Below are positions 37,600 through 51,529 of a DNA stretch of 64,000 nucleotides, piece by piece; position 1 is the stretch's first letter; every line of letters begins with the position of its first letter. The stretch lies in assembly GCF_001194135.2 (NCBI RefSeq), contig NC_068986.1, forward strand, positions 383,190 through 447,189, written 5' to 3'. Below the pieces are notes generated by a model that saw only the letters and a program-made list of their open reading frames with translations, did no database searches and was not told where the DNA came from. The DNA comes from Octopus bimaculoides. Lineage: Eukaryota. The translations under genes and the position numbers were made by a program.

Positions 37600-39540
37600 T
37601 TGAAACCAGCTGCTGCTACTGCTGAGATTACAGCTGTTGTTGATGCTGTTGTTCTTTTTGTTGTTGCCACTATTGTTGTTGAAGATGGCGGAGGCAGTGC
37701 TGGTGCTGGTGACTGCAGATGGTAGTGGTGGTGGTGGAGGTGGTGGTTGTGCTCGTGGTTGTGGTAGTGATGACGAGGGCAAATTGACGGTAGACGTGGT
37801 GGTAGGGGTGGGGACGGTAGAGGTGGGGATGGTAGGGTGTTGATTCAGGTGACGGTGCTGCTACTGCTGCTGCTGATGATGATGATGATGATGAGGAGGA
37901 GGAGGCGGATGATAGTTATATTGTCTTAGTTGACATTTTCTTCGTGACCATCACAACACCAACGTCGACCTGACCTTGAATCTTTAAGCTGATAAATTTC
38001 CCCTCAAATCGCGCCCACCCTTCTATGACTTTTAGTCAAGATGGAAGGAGGTGAGCATGTGACCCTTTTACAGAGCGCCAGACAAAATTGGAAGGGAGAA
38101 AGTTGGGGAGAAGAAAGCTTTTTGAAACCAAAGACGGGCCGGAATGGTTATAAGGGAGCAGACTCACCTAAAGTCTGCCAAGGAGCTGATGACTGCGGTG
38201 TTAAACTGGGAGACATATTAAGTCTACTACCCAAGTAGGCCAAGGTGGGATTTGAACACAGAATGCAAACAGCTGGAACAAAAACCACCAGCATCCGGAC
38301 CGACCTTGTCACAGCTCCATCAAACAACTGCCTTGAACTTGTAGGTTGTTTGTTTGTTTGTATTTGCTTTCTTTTTACTTTTTCTTTTTTTCCTTTTTTG
38401 TATTGCTTTGTTATCGGGACCGAAATGATGAAAAGTAAAATTGAACCTCAATAGGGTTTGAACCTAGAGCTCAGAGTGTCGGAACATATGCCACGAGTCG
38501 AATAATGGCAATATTAACAATTGCCAATAAATGCCGAAAGGCTGAAAACTCTAGAAGTTGTTGTTGTTTTGGTAGATGTGGTGTTGGTGGCGACGTGGCG
38601 GCAGTGACGGGGGAGGTGACGAGGATGGTGATGGTGGTGATGGTCATAGTGTTGATAAGTATATTTCTTGTAGCAGTGATGGTTTAGTGACGTTTGTGCT
38701 GGTGGTGGCGGTGGTGGTGGTCATCGTCGTCGTGGTAGTGTTGATGGTGATGGTAGTGGTGGTGGTGGTAGTGATACTGGTGTCGGTGGTGATGTTGGCT
38801 GTGTTGGTAGAAGTGGTGGGGGAGGTGTTGTTATTATTGTTGTTGGTGGTGAGGATGCTGGTGGAGGTGGTAGTAGTGGTGGTGGTGGTGCTGGCGGTTG
38901 TCATGTTACTTGTGGCATTGCATGTGTTGNNNNNNNNNNNNNNNNNNNNNNNNNNNNNNNNNNNNNNNNNNNNNNNNNNNNNNNNNNNNNNNNNNNNNNN
39001 NNNNNNNNNNNNNNNNNNNNNNNNNNNNNNNNNNNNNNNNNNNNNNNNNNNNNNNNNNNNNNNNNNNNNNNNNNNNNNNNNNNNNNNNNNNNNNNNNNNN
39101 NNNNNNGTGGAGGTGGTGGTGTTGGTAGTGGTGGTGGTGGTGATGCATGTTTTAGTGATTGTGGTGTTGGTGGGGGTGCTGGTGGTGGTGGTGGTGGTGG
39201 TGACGCTGGTGGAGCTGGTGCTAATAGTGCCGGTGGATCTGTTGGTGGTGGTGGTGGTGGTGGTGGTGGTGGTAGTACTAAAATTGACGATACACTGTCG
39301 GTGATAAAACATCGTTGTCAGTGAAAAGGTGTAATTCATTCACAAGGAAAGGTGCACACGTTCTATCGCCGTGTTGCCGTGGCTCTTTACATAAAAGCAA
39401 CAACAACAACAACAACAACAACAGAGATAACAACGGCAACAAAAACACCTGTAAAAGCTGCAGCAGCAGCAGCAACAGTTGTTATAGTAGCGGTAGCAGG
39501 AGCAGCAGCAGTAGCAATAGCAGCAGTAAATTGTCAAAGC
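37600..39540. repeat. (GGT/TGA/CAA)n trinucleotide low-complexity region
   Basis: Direct; it produces spurious poly-V and poly-T ORFs. Confidence 0.9.
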
Positions 39541-39893
39541 CAGTCTCTGAGTAGTCAACGTCATGTTGTCTTCTCTCTCATAAAATCAGTTGATATAAAG
39601 AGTTGTGGAATACCGCGTCTATCGGGCGACACAAGCAAAGCACGCACTTAACATCGTTTACAAACGAGAGCCAAGTGTTACAAAGTAAGCGGTCGAGTTT
39701 ATTTTCTTCCCATAGAGGTGCTCACTCTTTCTCTACCTATCTCTTTGTCTTGCTTTTCGCATCCTTCTTCTCTCATTTTCTCTTTATTTACATATTTCTT
39801 TCTGTCTTCGCTTCTTTATTTTCAATATCGTTTATGTTTGTATACATACATACATACATACATACATACGTATATATATATACATACATATAA

Positions 39894-39994
<101 letters not shown>

Positions 39995-40823
39995 CATACA
40001 TACATACATTCATTTTGCTGATTACTCTACACTTTCTTTAGTTTCTGTCTATTTTAACTCCGGTTTTCCCCTCTTCTTTCGTTCTTTCTTTCTCTCTTTC
40101 TACGTTTCTAGCCTGTATAGTTACATCATTTTCTTTCTATTTTTCTTGCTTTATCAACTTTTTCTTTTTTCTTTCATTTTTCTTCATTTTGCGCTTATTC
40201 TTCATTCCCAGATCCATCGTTTCATTTTAGCACGTCTTGTATATTTCATTTTTAAATATCACATTTCTTCATCTTTCTTTCTGTATACCTTCAAAATAAT
40301 TCCAACTTTCATTTCAATATTCTACTTTCGTTTTCAACTTTGTTTCCGACTTAATTCCGTTTCTTTTAATTAAAATATATATTTTTTTTAATCGTATGAG
40401 TGATTATCCTTTCGTTTTTACAACTACAAAACAGGGCAGCACCGAGGTGGGTGATATACCTCTTTAGGATCTCCCAGCAAATGTACAGAAAGCTCAAAAT
40501 ATTGTCAATCAAATTTTATACAGAACGAATTGATTGATTTGATGCTGTTTATTGTTTTCTTTACATATTCTTTCTGTCGTTATTTACATAATCCACTGAT
40601 CCACAAAAGTGATTGAAGGACTGCGTGAATTTTCTTAATTATGTGGACCATTTTCACAAACAATGCATTGCAGCTTACTGGAGCCAGACTCCAGGTGATA
40701 TCGAGCTTAAATAATAAAACTGTTGTTTTCAAATATTTTTTGCTGGCTCCACTTATCGCATTCACAACACGATTCAAATATCTACAAAACAGCTGAAATA
40801 AGTGACGTATATATACACATACT

Positions 40824-40863
<40 letters not shown>

Positions 40864-40876
40864 NNNNNNNNNNNNN

Positions 40877-40931
<55 letters not shown>

Positions 40932-41222
40932 GCATATAACCATATATGTACGTGCATATATGTGTATGTATGTTCACATCTGAATGTGTACACGTGTGTG
41001 CGTGCATGTATAGACGTGTGCGAGTAGGTGTGTTATTGCATGTGCGTATGCTCGCGCGCATGTGGGTGTACGTATACGTGCTTTGGGGTACGTGTACATG
41101 CGTGTGCGTATGTGAGTATATACGTGCGGTCGTATATTTTTGTGTAATATCAAATCTGTTGAACGAATTAGGTGTACCGTGCAACATATAAACATAATTT
41201 CATATGTGTTAATGAATACATG

Positions 41223-41292
<70 letters not shown>

Positions 41293-42318
41293 ACATGTCC
41301 ATATGTATCTGCACGTGTGTGTGCAAACATATATATATATATTTATGTATGGACATTCATATATATACATATATGTATATATATATATATATATATGTAT
41401 GTATATATATATATATATATATATGTATANNNNNNNNNNNNNNNNNNNNNNNNNNNNNNNNNNNNNNNNNNNNNNNNNNNNNNNNNNNNNNNNNNNNNNN
41501 NNNNNNNNNNNNNNNNNNNNNNNNNNNNNNNNNNNNNNNNNNNNNNNNNNNNNNNNNNNNNNNNNNNNNNNNNNNNNNNNNNNNNNNNNNNNNNNNNNNN
41601 NNNNNNNNNNNNNNNNNNNNNNNNNNNNNNNNNNNNNNNNNNNNNNNNNNNNNNNNNNNNNNNNNNNNNNNNNNNNNNNNNNNNNNNNNNNNNNNNNNNN
41701 NNNNNNNNNNNNNNNNNNNNNNNNNNNNNNNNNNNNNNNNNNNNNNNNNNNNNNNNNNNNNNNNNNNNNNNNNNNNNNNNNNNNNNNNNNNNNNNNNNNN
41801 NNNNNNNNNNNNNNNNNNNNNNNNNNNNNNNNNNNNNNNNNNNNNNNNNNNNNNNNNNNNNNNNNNNNNNNNNNNNNNNNNNNNNNNNNNNNNNNNNNNN
41901 NNNNNNNNNNNNNNNNNNNNNNNNNNNNNNNNNNNNNNNNNNNNNNNNNNNNNNNNNNNNNNNNNNNNNNNNNNNNNNNNNNNNNNNNNNNNNNNNNNNN
42001 NNNNNNNNNNNNNNNNNNNNNNNNNNNNNNNNNNNNNNNNNNNNNNNNNNNNNNNNNNNNNNNNNNNNNNNNNNNNNNNNNNNNNNNNNNNNNNNNNNNN
42101 NNNNNNNNNNNNNNNNNNNNNNNNNNNNNNNNNNNNNNNNNNNNNNNNNNNNNNNNNNNNNNNNNNNNNNNNNNNNNNNNNNNNNNNNNNNNNNNNNNNN
42201 NNNNNNNNNNNNNNNNNNNNNNNNNNNNNNNNNNNNNNNNNNNNNNNNNNNNNNNNNNNNNNNNNNNNNNNNNNNNNNNNNNNNNNNNNNNNNNNNNNNN
42301 NNNNNNNNNNNNNTATAT

Positions 42319-42349
<31 letters not shown>

Positions 42350-42786
42350 CATAGATATGCATATATATATAATATATGTATATAAATATATACACATACA
42401 TAAATACATGCATATATATGCAAACACATACATACAGACAGACAGACAGACATGTGTGAGTGATGTTAGATAAAAAGCTAAGCTTGATAGAATGTATATG
42501 CTTTGTTTAACTGCTGTGAGTAGAACAAATAATGAAAGAGAATTTAAATCTTACTTAATTTGGCATTGTTGTTATCACACACGCGCGCGTGCAGAACCCA
42601 ACATATGCAGCACACACAGGTAGACAGATACACTCGCACACGCGCATGCAAGCGACACACACGCCCACGAACACACACGTGTGTGTTTGTATATATATTT
42701 CAATATCTAACTATACACGCACAACACACGCATGCTTTATATTCTTAATTTATATTTATACTTGTATTTACATACATACATATATA

Positions 42787-42821
<35 letters not shown>

Positions 42822-43164
42822 GCATATACATATATATATGTATGTATATACGCACATAGACATATATGTGAAGTATCTATATATACGCATATATATATAN
42901 NNNNNNNNNNNNNNNNNNNNNNNNNNNNNNNNNNNNNNNNNNNNNNNNNNNNNNNNNNNNNNNNNNNNNNNNNNNNNNNNNNNNNNNNNNNNNNNNNNNN
43001 NNNNNNNNNNNNNNNNNNNNNNNNNNNNNNNNNNNNNNNNNNNNNNNNNNNNNNNNNNNNNNNNNNNNNNNNNNNNNNNNNNNNNNNNNNNNNNNNNNNN
43101 NNNNNNNNNNNNNNNNNNNNNNNNNNNNNNNNNNNNNNNNNNNNNNNNNNNNNNNNNNNNNNNN

Positions 43165-43204
<40 letters not shown>

Positions 43205-43968
43205 GACCGTGCTACGAAGCTTTTGAACAATCTCAAGCATCTGCTCCAACCGATCATGCTTTGCTTTTTTTCGAATGAGAAAAATTTCTGCCAGGCTCAG
43301 ATGGTGAACCCACAGAACAACCACTGGGTTGCCGTGTCCACAAAACATGTACCGAGAGTGATAAAAATCAAACATCCGGTCAACCTCATGGTGTTTGGAG
43401 TGATCACTAGTGATGGCGACGTTATGCCTCCATTCATCTCACACGGCCTCAGACATAACACAAAGGCTTACATCAAGTGCTTGGAGGAGGTAGTGCTCCC
43501 CTGGGTCAAGATGGTGGCTGCTGGAAGACCCTGTGTCTGACAACAGGACTCTGCACTATGCCACACAAGCAGGAGAACTCGTCAAGGTTCTCAGACAATT
43601 TCTGCGACCACATCACCCCTAACATCTGGCCGCCTAACTCCCGAAACTGAAACCTCCTTGATTATTGTCTGGGCGCAGTTGTGTAAGAGATCAACAAAAC
43701 TCCTTGTAACAGCAAAGATGAGCTGAAGGCAAGGATTATGGCAGCATTCAGCAACTTTAAAAAAGAGACCGTCCAGAAGAGTTGCAGGAGATTCCGAAAT
43801 CGTCTGGAGGCCATGGTTGAAGCCAATGGCGATTTTATTGAATAAATTTACTCTTTAGTATTTGAAGATATTTTAATGTAATTTTGGTAAATATATCTGT
43901 TAAAATGAGATGTCAGTATTATTTTCATATTTGCGTAATTTAGACGACAATTTATTCAAAATATCTTG
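43205..43968 (+). mobile_element. maT-family (DD37D) Tc1/mariner transposase pseudogene with 3' end
   Basis: FFSNEKNF, LMVFGVITSDG, QQDSA.CHTSRR and WPPNSP..PLDY; terminal NGDFIE* at 43843-43845. The reconstructed D-D spacing is 37. A TIR-like end precedes TA at 43969. Confidence 0.88.
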
Positions 43969-44110
43969 TATAGTTATGTATATACACACCTGTAGATAGA
44001 TATGTAAATATACAGTCTCACAGATTCTCTCGACCACACATACTCATTATCACAAATCATTTGTTCTTTTTGAAATCTACTATTTGCGAGATAGCTGTTA
44101 AAAGGCGATG

Positions 44111-44149
<39 letters not shown>

Positions 44150-44820
44150 TCTTTTTAATATTCCTTTGTACTATAAGCACAGAACCTGAAATTTTAGGGA
44201 GTGGGATTGGCAAATACATCAATCCTAGTGTTTGACTGGCACCTATTTTATCAACCCCGAAAGGAATTTGAACTCAGAATGTGAAAATGGACGAAACGCC
44301 GCGAAGCATTCTACCAACTCTCCGCCATCTTTCGTTTTAATAATAATTTCAAATTTTGGCACAAAGCCAGCAATTTCTGATGAGGGAATATGCCGATTTC
44401 ATCGACTGCAGTACTCAACTGGTGCTTGTTTTATCGACCCCGAAAGGATGAAAAGCAAAGTGGGCCTGGACAGAATTTGAACTCGGAACGCAGAGACAGA
44501 CGAAATGCCACCGAGCATTTTTCTGCCGTGCTAACCATTCTGCCAGCTCGCCGCTTTCTTTCGTTTTAATATTGATTTCAAATTTTGGCACAAGACCAGC
44601 AGGTTTGGGGGAAGAGATAAGTCGATTACGTCGACCCCAGGACTCGTATTTCATTTATCGATCCCAGTACTCAAATAGTACGTATTTTATCGATTGCAAA
44701 AGGATGAAAGCAAAGCCGACCATGGCGGAATTTGAGCTCAGATGACGACGAACTAATTACCGCTCAGCACTTCACCCGATTCTGCCAGATTGTCCCCTTA
44801 CCTTTCGTTTTAATATTGAA
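44150..44820 (-). mobile_element. three SINE family B copies in tandem
   Basis: Repeated GAAAGGATGAAA/GGAATTTGA(A/G)CTC units separated by TTTCGTTTTAATA at 44330, 44559 and 44803. Confidence 0.85.
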
Positions 44821-45245
44821 ATTCCGTCAGAATAGACTTTGATTTTCCTTTTTCTATGGTCAATGTATTTAAGAACCATTTAATATCTTGGTTTGTCATT
44901 TTTGTGACTGCTTGAAAGACAATTGTGCCTGACAAAATCTGAAGGTCTAACAATTCCATTGTACATGCCCAATCCTACAAATTTATCTTTTGTCAGTCAA
45001 TACTGAAATGATGATGATGATGATGATGGTGACGACGACTACGACGCCTTTTATAATTATTGCTAGTAATACTATTATTTTTATTATTCTGGGGTCAATA
45101 AAATATTTTCCAGTTACATACTGTTTCAATTTAGTTCACTGTACCTATACCTGAGCAAATTTGTCACCTTGTTTTTAGGCAAGAAATTTTCATACTCTTC
45201 TTCTTCTTCTTCTTCTTCTTCTTCTTCTTCTTCTTCTTCTTCTAT

Positions 45246-45313
<68 letters not shown>

Positions 45314-45320
45314 GCTTATT

Positions 45321-45520
45321 CAGTATCGGAATCGTTAGCGCGTTGGACAAAATGCTTAATGGCATTTATTCTGGCTCCTTATGTTCTGAGTTCAGAAACT
45401 GCCGACGTTGTCTTTGCCCTTCATCTTTTTTGGATCGATGAAATAAATAGCAATTGAACGCTGGAGCCGATGTAATCGACTTAACACTTCCACCGAACTT
45501 GCTAGCCTTGTGCTAAAATT
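45321..45520 (+). mobile_element. SINE family B, degenerate
   Basis: GAATCGTTAGCGCG...GTTCTGAGTTCAGAAAC. Confidence 0.8.
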
Positions 45521-45729
45521 ATTATTATCATTATTATTATTATTATTATTATTATTGTTGTTGTTGTTGTTGTTGTTGTGTCTACGTAGCCCTGACCGCA
45601 GTTCCGTATACTTTCGGTATATGCACTGCTTTATAATTTCTTTTACCTTCAACTTATTCCGGTGTATCTGTCTGCATGTTGTTATCATTCTCATTTTCAT
45701 TTTATTTTCATCTCAAGATTTTCATATTT

Positions 45730-46860
45730 AGATAATTTCTCTATTTATTTATCATATTTTTGGACAGATACTTCAATTAGGGGCACTTTCTCTCTTGGTC
45801 GTCATTGGCAACATTATCTAGCTGATTATCTTTAATCGTTTTAACGTGCTTAGATATATTCCAGATAATAGTTGTTTCGTCGTTTTCTGATATATTTTCT
45901 AACATATTCACATGCCGCCACATTTTCTTGCTATTTCATATTAATGGCATAATGTACTGTCTATGTAAGCTCCAATTCTGTCATGCCTGCGTTGGTGGTT
46001 TCTCATAAGAAAGATTGATGTTTTGCCTTAAATTAGAATCCTTCAGTCTCAGATTTTAAACTTGTACTTCTCAGTGAATGTTGTGAATTTCCTTTGTATA
46101 TTTCCAGCTTTTGGCCATGTAGGGGCTTTATTTTCCACCGCTTTATCATTGCATTCTGTAGCCTTGTAACCCGATTTTACTCTTTTCTTAATTTCTGTTG
46201 GTTTTCCTTTTTCTTCATAGCTACTCGTCATATTGGTCTCCATTTTTTGTATTTGCTGACTTCGTTATACACAGAAAGCAATTTTCTTTTTTTGCTTTGT
46301 CCGTATTCTTATTTTGAAGCTGTTTGTCTTCGATTGTTTCTTACAAGATATTTCTATTATTAATCTTTCTACGCCAGATTTTAGGTGCTATATTCTAAAT
46401 GCAGTCATTTTTCTTTGATGTCTAACGTTGCTAGTCCATGCATTCAGTTAAGATTATTATAATATTATAACAATAACTTTTTATTGGGGTAGCTAAAGTA
46501 TTAATGGCTTTTATCTCATTTTTTTTCTTTTTTTGCTTTTATCTTTTATCATTTGTGAATGCATTGTACACTGTCGAGTTCGTTAGTTTCTAAGTATTTA
46601 CAGCCCTGTGTTTTGTATAATTCTTATCAGCATCTTTACCTGTCCTGACATTAGTATTCTTAATTAAGTTTCCGTTCTTCACCTTTACATTGGCACATTT
46701 CTAATCCATCCTTTCTTAAGTCCTTGTTCCACACTGTAATCGTAGAAGGACTCACGTATATTTCTTCATATTTTCTATCATTTTCCGTGCGCTCGTTTCC
46801 ATGTACTTTGCTTGAGTTTAATATTCCTGAATGAATAGCGTTGTAATTATAATAACTTTC
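45730..46860 (-). mobile_element. R4/Dong-like LINE subfamily B, decayed RT to RLE region
   Basis: IKAINTLATP, RWKIKPLHGQ, SLKSETEGF and RRHDRIGAY on the minus strand. Confidence 0.8.
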
Positions 46861-46871
46861 TTTACAGAGAC

Positions 46872-47074
46872 TACAGTATATATTCTATATTTAAGAGATG
46901 AGGAATTATATACATTATTTACATTTGACGGATATTTGTCCTCATCATGTTTGTTGTAAACACAACATTTCGGCTGATATACCCTTCAGCCTTCATCAGG
47001 TGTCTTGGGGAAATTTCGAACCTGGGTTCTCATTCCTAAGGTATTTTTCGATGATATCATCATCGTCATCATCA

Positions 47075-47108
<34 letters not shown>
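46872..47108 (-). mobile_element. second copy of the hammerhead-bearing tail element, without the tRNA head
   Basis: The reverse complement is nearly identical to 16070-16218 and continues TCCTCATCTCTTAAATATAGAA; the 5' side ends in (AAT)n/(GAT)n. Confidence 0.88.
46959..47004 (-). ncRNA. minimal type I hammerhead ribozyme motif, variant
   Basis: GACAC-CTGATGA-A-GGCTG(aagggtatat)CAGCC-GAAAT-GTT-GTGTT. Confidence 0.65.
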
Positions 47109-47156
47109 GTTTGACTTTTGTTTTGCATTTGTACAAGTTGGATCCAAGTCTCACCC

Positions 47157-47210
<54 letters not shown>

Positions 47211-47494
47211 ATAAGATATGCGGCCCATATGACACCAGGACAGTATTCAAGAGTAATATAATACTTCGCAGAAACCTCCTTCGGGTAAAACCACCAATAG
47301 AAGAGAATATGACCAAAAACTGCGTGTACTTATTTTACTCTTTACACGCCTTCATGTAACCCCGCATCGTATCACGTATATTGTACTGTATCGTCCTATA
47401 CCCTCTTCGATCAACTTGTAAACCCTTCGTGGTTAATACAGTGATCATCATCTCATTACTGCTGCTGCTGCTGCTGCTGCTGCTACTACTACTG

Positions 47495-47532
<38 letters not shown>

Positions 47533-47574
47533 TTCAACATCCTTATACTGTTATCATTACTATTTCTATTATTA

Positions 47575-48600
47575 AGGGTCGTGGATTGGCAGATTGGTTA
47601 AAAGCGTCAGAAAAATGTTTTGCGGCATTTGATCCTCCTGTTTTGTGTTCCGAGTTCAAAATCACACCGAAGCCAATTTTGCCTTTCATCTTTTCGGGAG
47701 TTATTTGAAAGAAAAAAGCTAAATATTTAGATAAATCTAATTATCTCCACACCTTTCGGTGCGATATGCTATGGGAGGCTATTGCCTCTCTTCTGACAAA
47801 AATGATACTTAGCTTTAGTTCTGCCAGTAAAATATTTTATATGTAGGGTTTTGATCATCAAATCGGTGAGCTGGCAAAGTTGACAGCGAGTCGAACAAAA
47901 TTCTAAGCGGCATTTTTTGATTCTTTATATTCTGAGTTCAGTTCCCACTGAAGTCGATTTTGTCTTTCATCCCTCCAGGGTCGATACAATAAAGTACCAG
48001 CGAAATACTAAGATCGATGGTATCCACTACTCCCCCTGTTTCTCTAAATTTCTGGCCTCGAACCAAAAATTAGAAAGAATTGTACTTATGATTATCATTA
48101 TCATTATTATTAAATTGTTACCCTTCACCCCTTCGGGGGTCAATAAATTAATGTTCCAATCATGTACTGGATTCGATGGTATAGGTTAAAACCCTACCCC
48201 CCAAATTGGCGACCTTTCGTCAAAATTAAAACTTGTCGTCTTCGTCGTCATGATCATGATCGTCACCATCATGGCAGTGGATTTCCTGAATCATTAAAGC
48301 GCTGAAATGTCTTCTAGGATTTCTTCCAGCTCTTTATGCTCTGAGTTCAAATGCTGTTTAAGTAAATTTAATGTTTCATCCTTAAAGTATTGATAAAATA
48401 AAGTACCAGTCATATACTGGACACGTATGGCCATGTTGCAAACTATTGAAGCCGGTAGATAAACAGAATCATTAGAGAATTTCGGCATTTCGACTCATTA
48501 CTTTCTGAATTCAAATTCCTTCGGGGTCAGCCTCCCGTTTAATCCTTTCGGAGTCAATAGAATAAAATACAAGCCAAGTAATGGGGTCGATGTGATCGAC
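47575..48600. mobile_element. cluster of degenerate SINE family B copies in both orientations
   Basis: GAGTTCAAA and CTTTCATC motifs recur at about 47650, 47935, 48345 (minus) and 48510. Confidence 0.75.
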
Positions 48601-48620
48601 TGTGGTTCCCAAACTTTTTC
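48600..48620 (+). mobile_element. hAT/Charlie-like terminal repeat
   Basis: CTGTGGTTCCCAAACTTTTTC resembles the CAGTGGTTCCCAAAC TIR; no partner end was seen. Confidence 0.4.
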
Positions 48621-49299
48621 AGGCTAAGGTCACATTCCCCCACTTACCGTCACAGACATACACCATTTTCTGCAACAAATTTAAAACAACTGTATTTCAC
48701 AAATAAAGCTTAACCTAATTAACTCTTTATTTTGTTTGTTTGTTTGTTTTTACATCCATTGCCCCGTTTTGGTCACCTCATTATCGCTCCACTTTTCTTC
48801 AACGCTCACTGGATTTCTCCATCACCCCTTATATGTCTTCATGCTTCTGCCTGTTCCTCCCATGGCTTGCTTACGTCCACATACAGCAGGTCAGCGTAAG
48901 GGCCCTATTTAATAAGAGACTTAAACAAAATAAAACCGATGATTTCTCAGGCATACAATACTAGACTAAACATTTGGGGAATTTAATTCTGCTTTGAGCT
49001 CAAGTTCTGTCCAGGTTTTTCGCCATTTTCGTCTGTCTTGCGTCGATTACCATTATCCAATAACGTATTAGAATCGACCGATACGAGTGTGCCATTTTTA
49101 ACATTGAGCTAAAGTCGTTGTTAAACAAGAATAATTCATTAACTCAAATTATATTTAATTTATGAAAATTGAACGTGCATCAATATAAAAGAAAATACCT
49201 AATGTTGAAGGTCATGCATGGTACGTGAATTTTAAAGAAGAAAATATTCAAAACAGAAAATATTTTTTAAGATGACACACACACTGTCCACATATTGAA

Positions 49300-49716
49300 C
49301 ATTGGCCATGTGTTATACCCCAACTACATAATTCCGGATTAAGTCTTGCTGCACGACACCTTGGACAAGCGTCTTCGACTATAGCCTCGGGTCGACCAAA
49401 GCACTGCGTATGGATTTGGGAAATGGAAGCTGAAACAGGTCTGTTGTGTGTGTGTGTGTGCGTGTGTGTGTGTGTGTCTGTGTGTCTGTGTGTATGTGTG
49501 TTTGTGTGTGCGTGTGTGTGTGTGTGTTTTGTGTATGCGTTTGTCTTGACAACCGGTGTTGGTTCTTTTACGTCATCCAAACTTAACGGTTAGGCAAAAC
49601 CGATTGATCGGCCGAGAGAATTAGTACCATGCTTAAAAAGTACTGGGATCGATTTATTTCACTAAACCTTTCAAGACGGTTCCCTAGAATAGCTGTAGTC
49701 CAATGAAAGATAAAAG
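49300..49716 (+). mobile_element. SINE family A, older copy
   Basis: CACCTTGGACAAGCGTCTTCGACTATAGCCTCGGGTCGACCAAAG core and (GT)n middle. Confidence 0.85.
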
Positions 49717-49732
49717 TTTTTCGAAGAACCCA

Positions 49733-50135
49733 CAGGCGTGGCTGTGTGGTAAGAAGCTTGCTTCCGAACCACATGGTTCTAGGTTCAGTCCCACCACACG
49801 GTAGCTTTGGGCAAGTGTCTTCTACTGTAGCCTCGGGTCGACCAAAGCCTTGTGAGTGGATTTTGTAGACGGAAACTGAAAGAAGCCCGTCTTACATACA
49901 TATATATATATATACATACATCTGTGTGACTGTCTGTGTTTGTCCCCCCTCCACCGCTTGACAACCGGTGTGTTTATGTCCCCGTAACTTAGCGGTTCCA
50001 CAAAAAAGATCGATAGAATATGTACTAGGCCTATAAACAAGAAAGTACTAGGATCGATGCATTCGACAATAAATTCTTCAAGGCGGTGCCCCAGCATGGC
50101 CGCAGTCTAATGACTGAAACAAATGAAAGATAAAA
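49733..50135 (+). mobile_element. SINE family A, full length, head-to-tail with the previous copy
   Basis: GGCGTGGCTGTGTGGTAAGAAGCTTGC head through the ATGACTGAAACAAATGAAAGATAAAAG tail. Confidence 0.92.
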
Positions 50136-51529
50136 GGTTGCCTGATTTGTGAAATCTGACAGCGTTTTACCAAAAACAAGGAGAGTGCTAATTGCGAAGG
50201 CCTTACACACCGTGCAACCAAAGTAGTGCAGGTTGTGGTTTTAAACTGGGTGATTGATTAAGTTACCGAAAAGGCAGCAAATTCTCTCTCAACTCCTACC
50301 TTTTTCTTTTCTAGGAAAAACAAGAACACATTGCGTAAAGTAATTCTACATTTTACTTTTAAAAAGGTGGCTGGTCATGGATGGAACGCATTTTTTTTAT
50401 ATATGTCGGCTCAATGAGAGCTTGCCTAGTGCTGAACAATAAAAAACGACATTCTATGTGATCATACCCCGTGCTAGAAATAGCAGCCAAACTGCCCTCA
50501 ATCCACACACTCTACTGTTTTAAAACAAAGGATGAAGGATGCGCAAAATAATGTAGTCATTGATACACTTTATTTGTATAATGAAATAAGACGTCTATGG
50601 CTAAGAAGCATTTAATCATAGGATTGCATAATCAGAATTATCACGGCATTAAACAATAGCAACAACAACAACAACAAAAACGTCAGCGTGAACAGTAGAC
50701 GCAGTAGCAAAAGCAACATCCTCTACGCCTTTGTTACCTTCAGCAATGTTCACTCTGCTTTCAATGTTCCTTCCGCAGCTTCTATGTTTTTCACTCAAAC
50801 ATCATTCTTCTCTTAATCTCGGGGTCTTTCAAAGGTTATGGACAGGGCTATTCTTCACCTCACAAACTTAATGAATAAATAAATTAGCTAATTAGCAAAC
50901 CAATTAATACTTAATTAGTTTCAAAGTAGGTTCCTTGTGATTTTCTATTTACCTTGAATCATTCCAGAAATGTTCGGAGTGAATGGAGGTTACAGCTTGG
51001 TTTCGATTTCCTGTTGGAATAGTGAACATAACAAACAATATAAATTACATGATTCCTTATAATGATCCAATGCGCTCAACATTCTAGAAATAGCAACCAA
51101 ATGCTGTCGAATAACACACTACCACCTTGAAGAAGGAAAGAAAATTGGTGAACGTAGTTCAAGACATAAACAATCAAGGTTGGGACCGTTTTCGTCACAA
51201 ATCAACTCAAATGAAACTGACCGGAGGATCCAACAACAGAAAACAATGTCAATTGCAGTCGTAAATATAGAAATAGATGGATTAGTTTGGTCTATTCAGC
51301 CATGGCTTACAAGAACAACAAATTCCCAGCGTTTTCTCATTTCTATGAATTCATGTCTATTGAGAAATACACTTTCAATAGCATACTGTCATCGCCATTA
51401 TATTTATCATCATCGCCATCAGCATTATCACCAACATCATCGTCATCATCAACATTATTGTCGTCGTCGTAATTATCATCACTACAATCATAGCCATCAC
51501 TAAATCCATCATTATCATTATTATTATCA

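Noticed and set aside
38576-39339. 231-242 aa poly-V and poly-T ORFs resembling a mucin or membrane protein
   Set aside because: Trinucleotide low-complexity DNA that is open on both strands, with no domain or splice evidence
48648-48669. 22-nt minus-strand mini-exon (TTGCAG|AAAATGGTGTATGTCTGTGACG|GTAAGT)
   Set aside because: The splice signals are good, but it lies within about 50 bp of a hAT-like terminus and is probably transposon-derived; there is no partner exon
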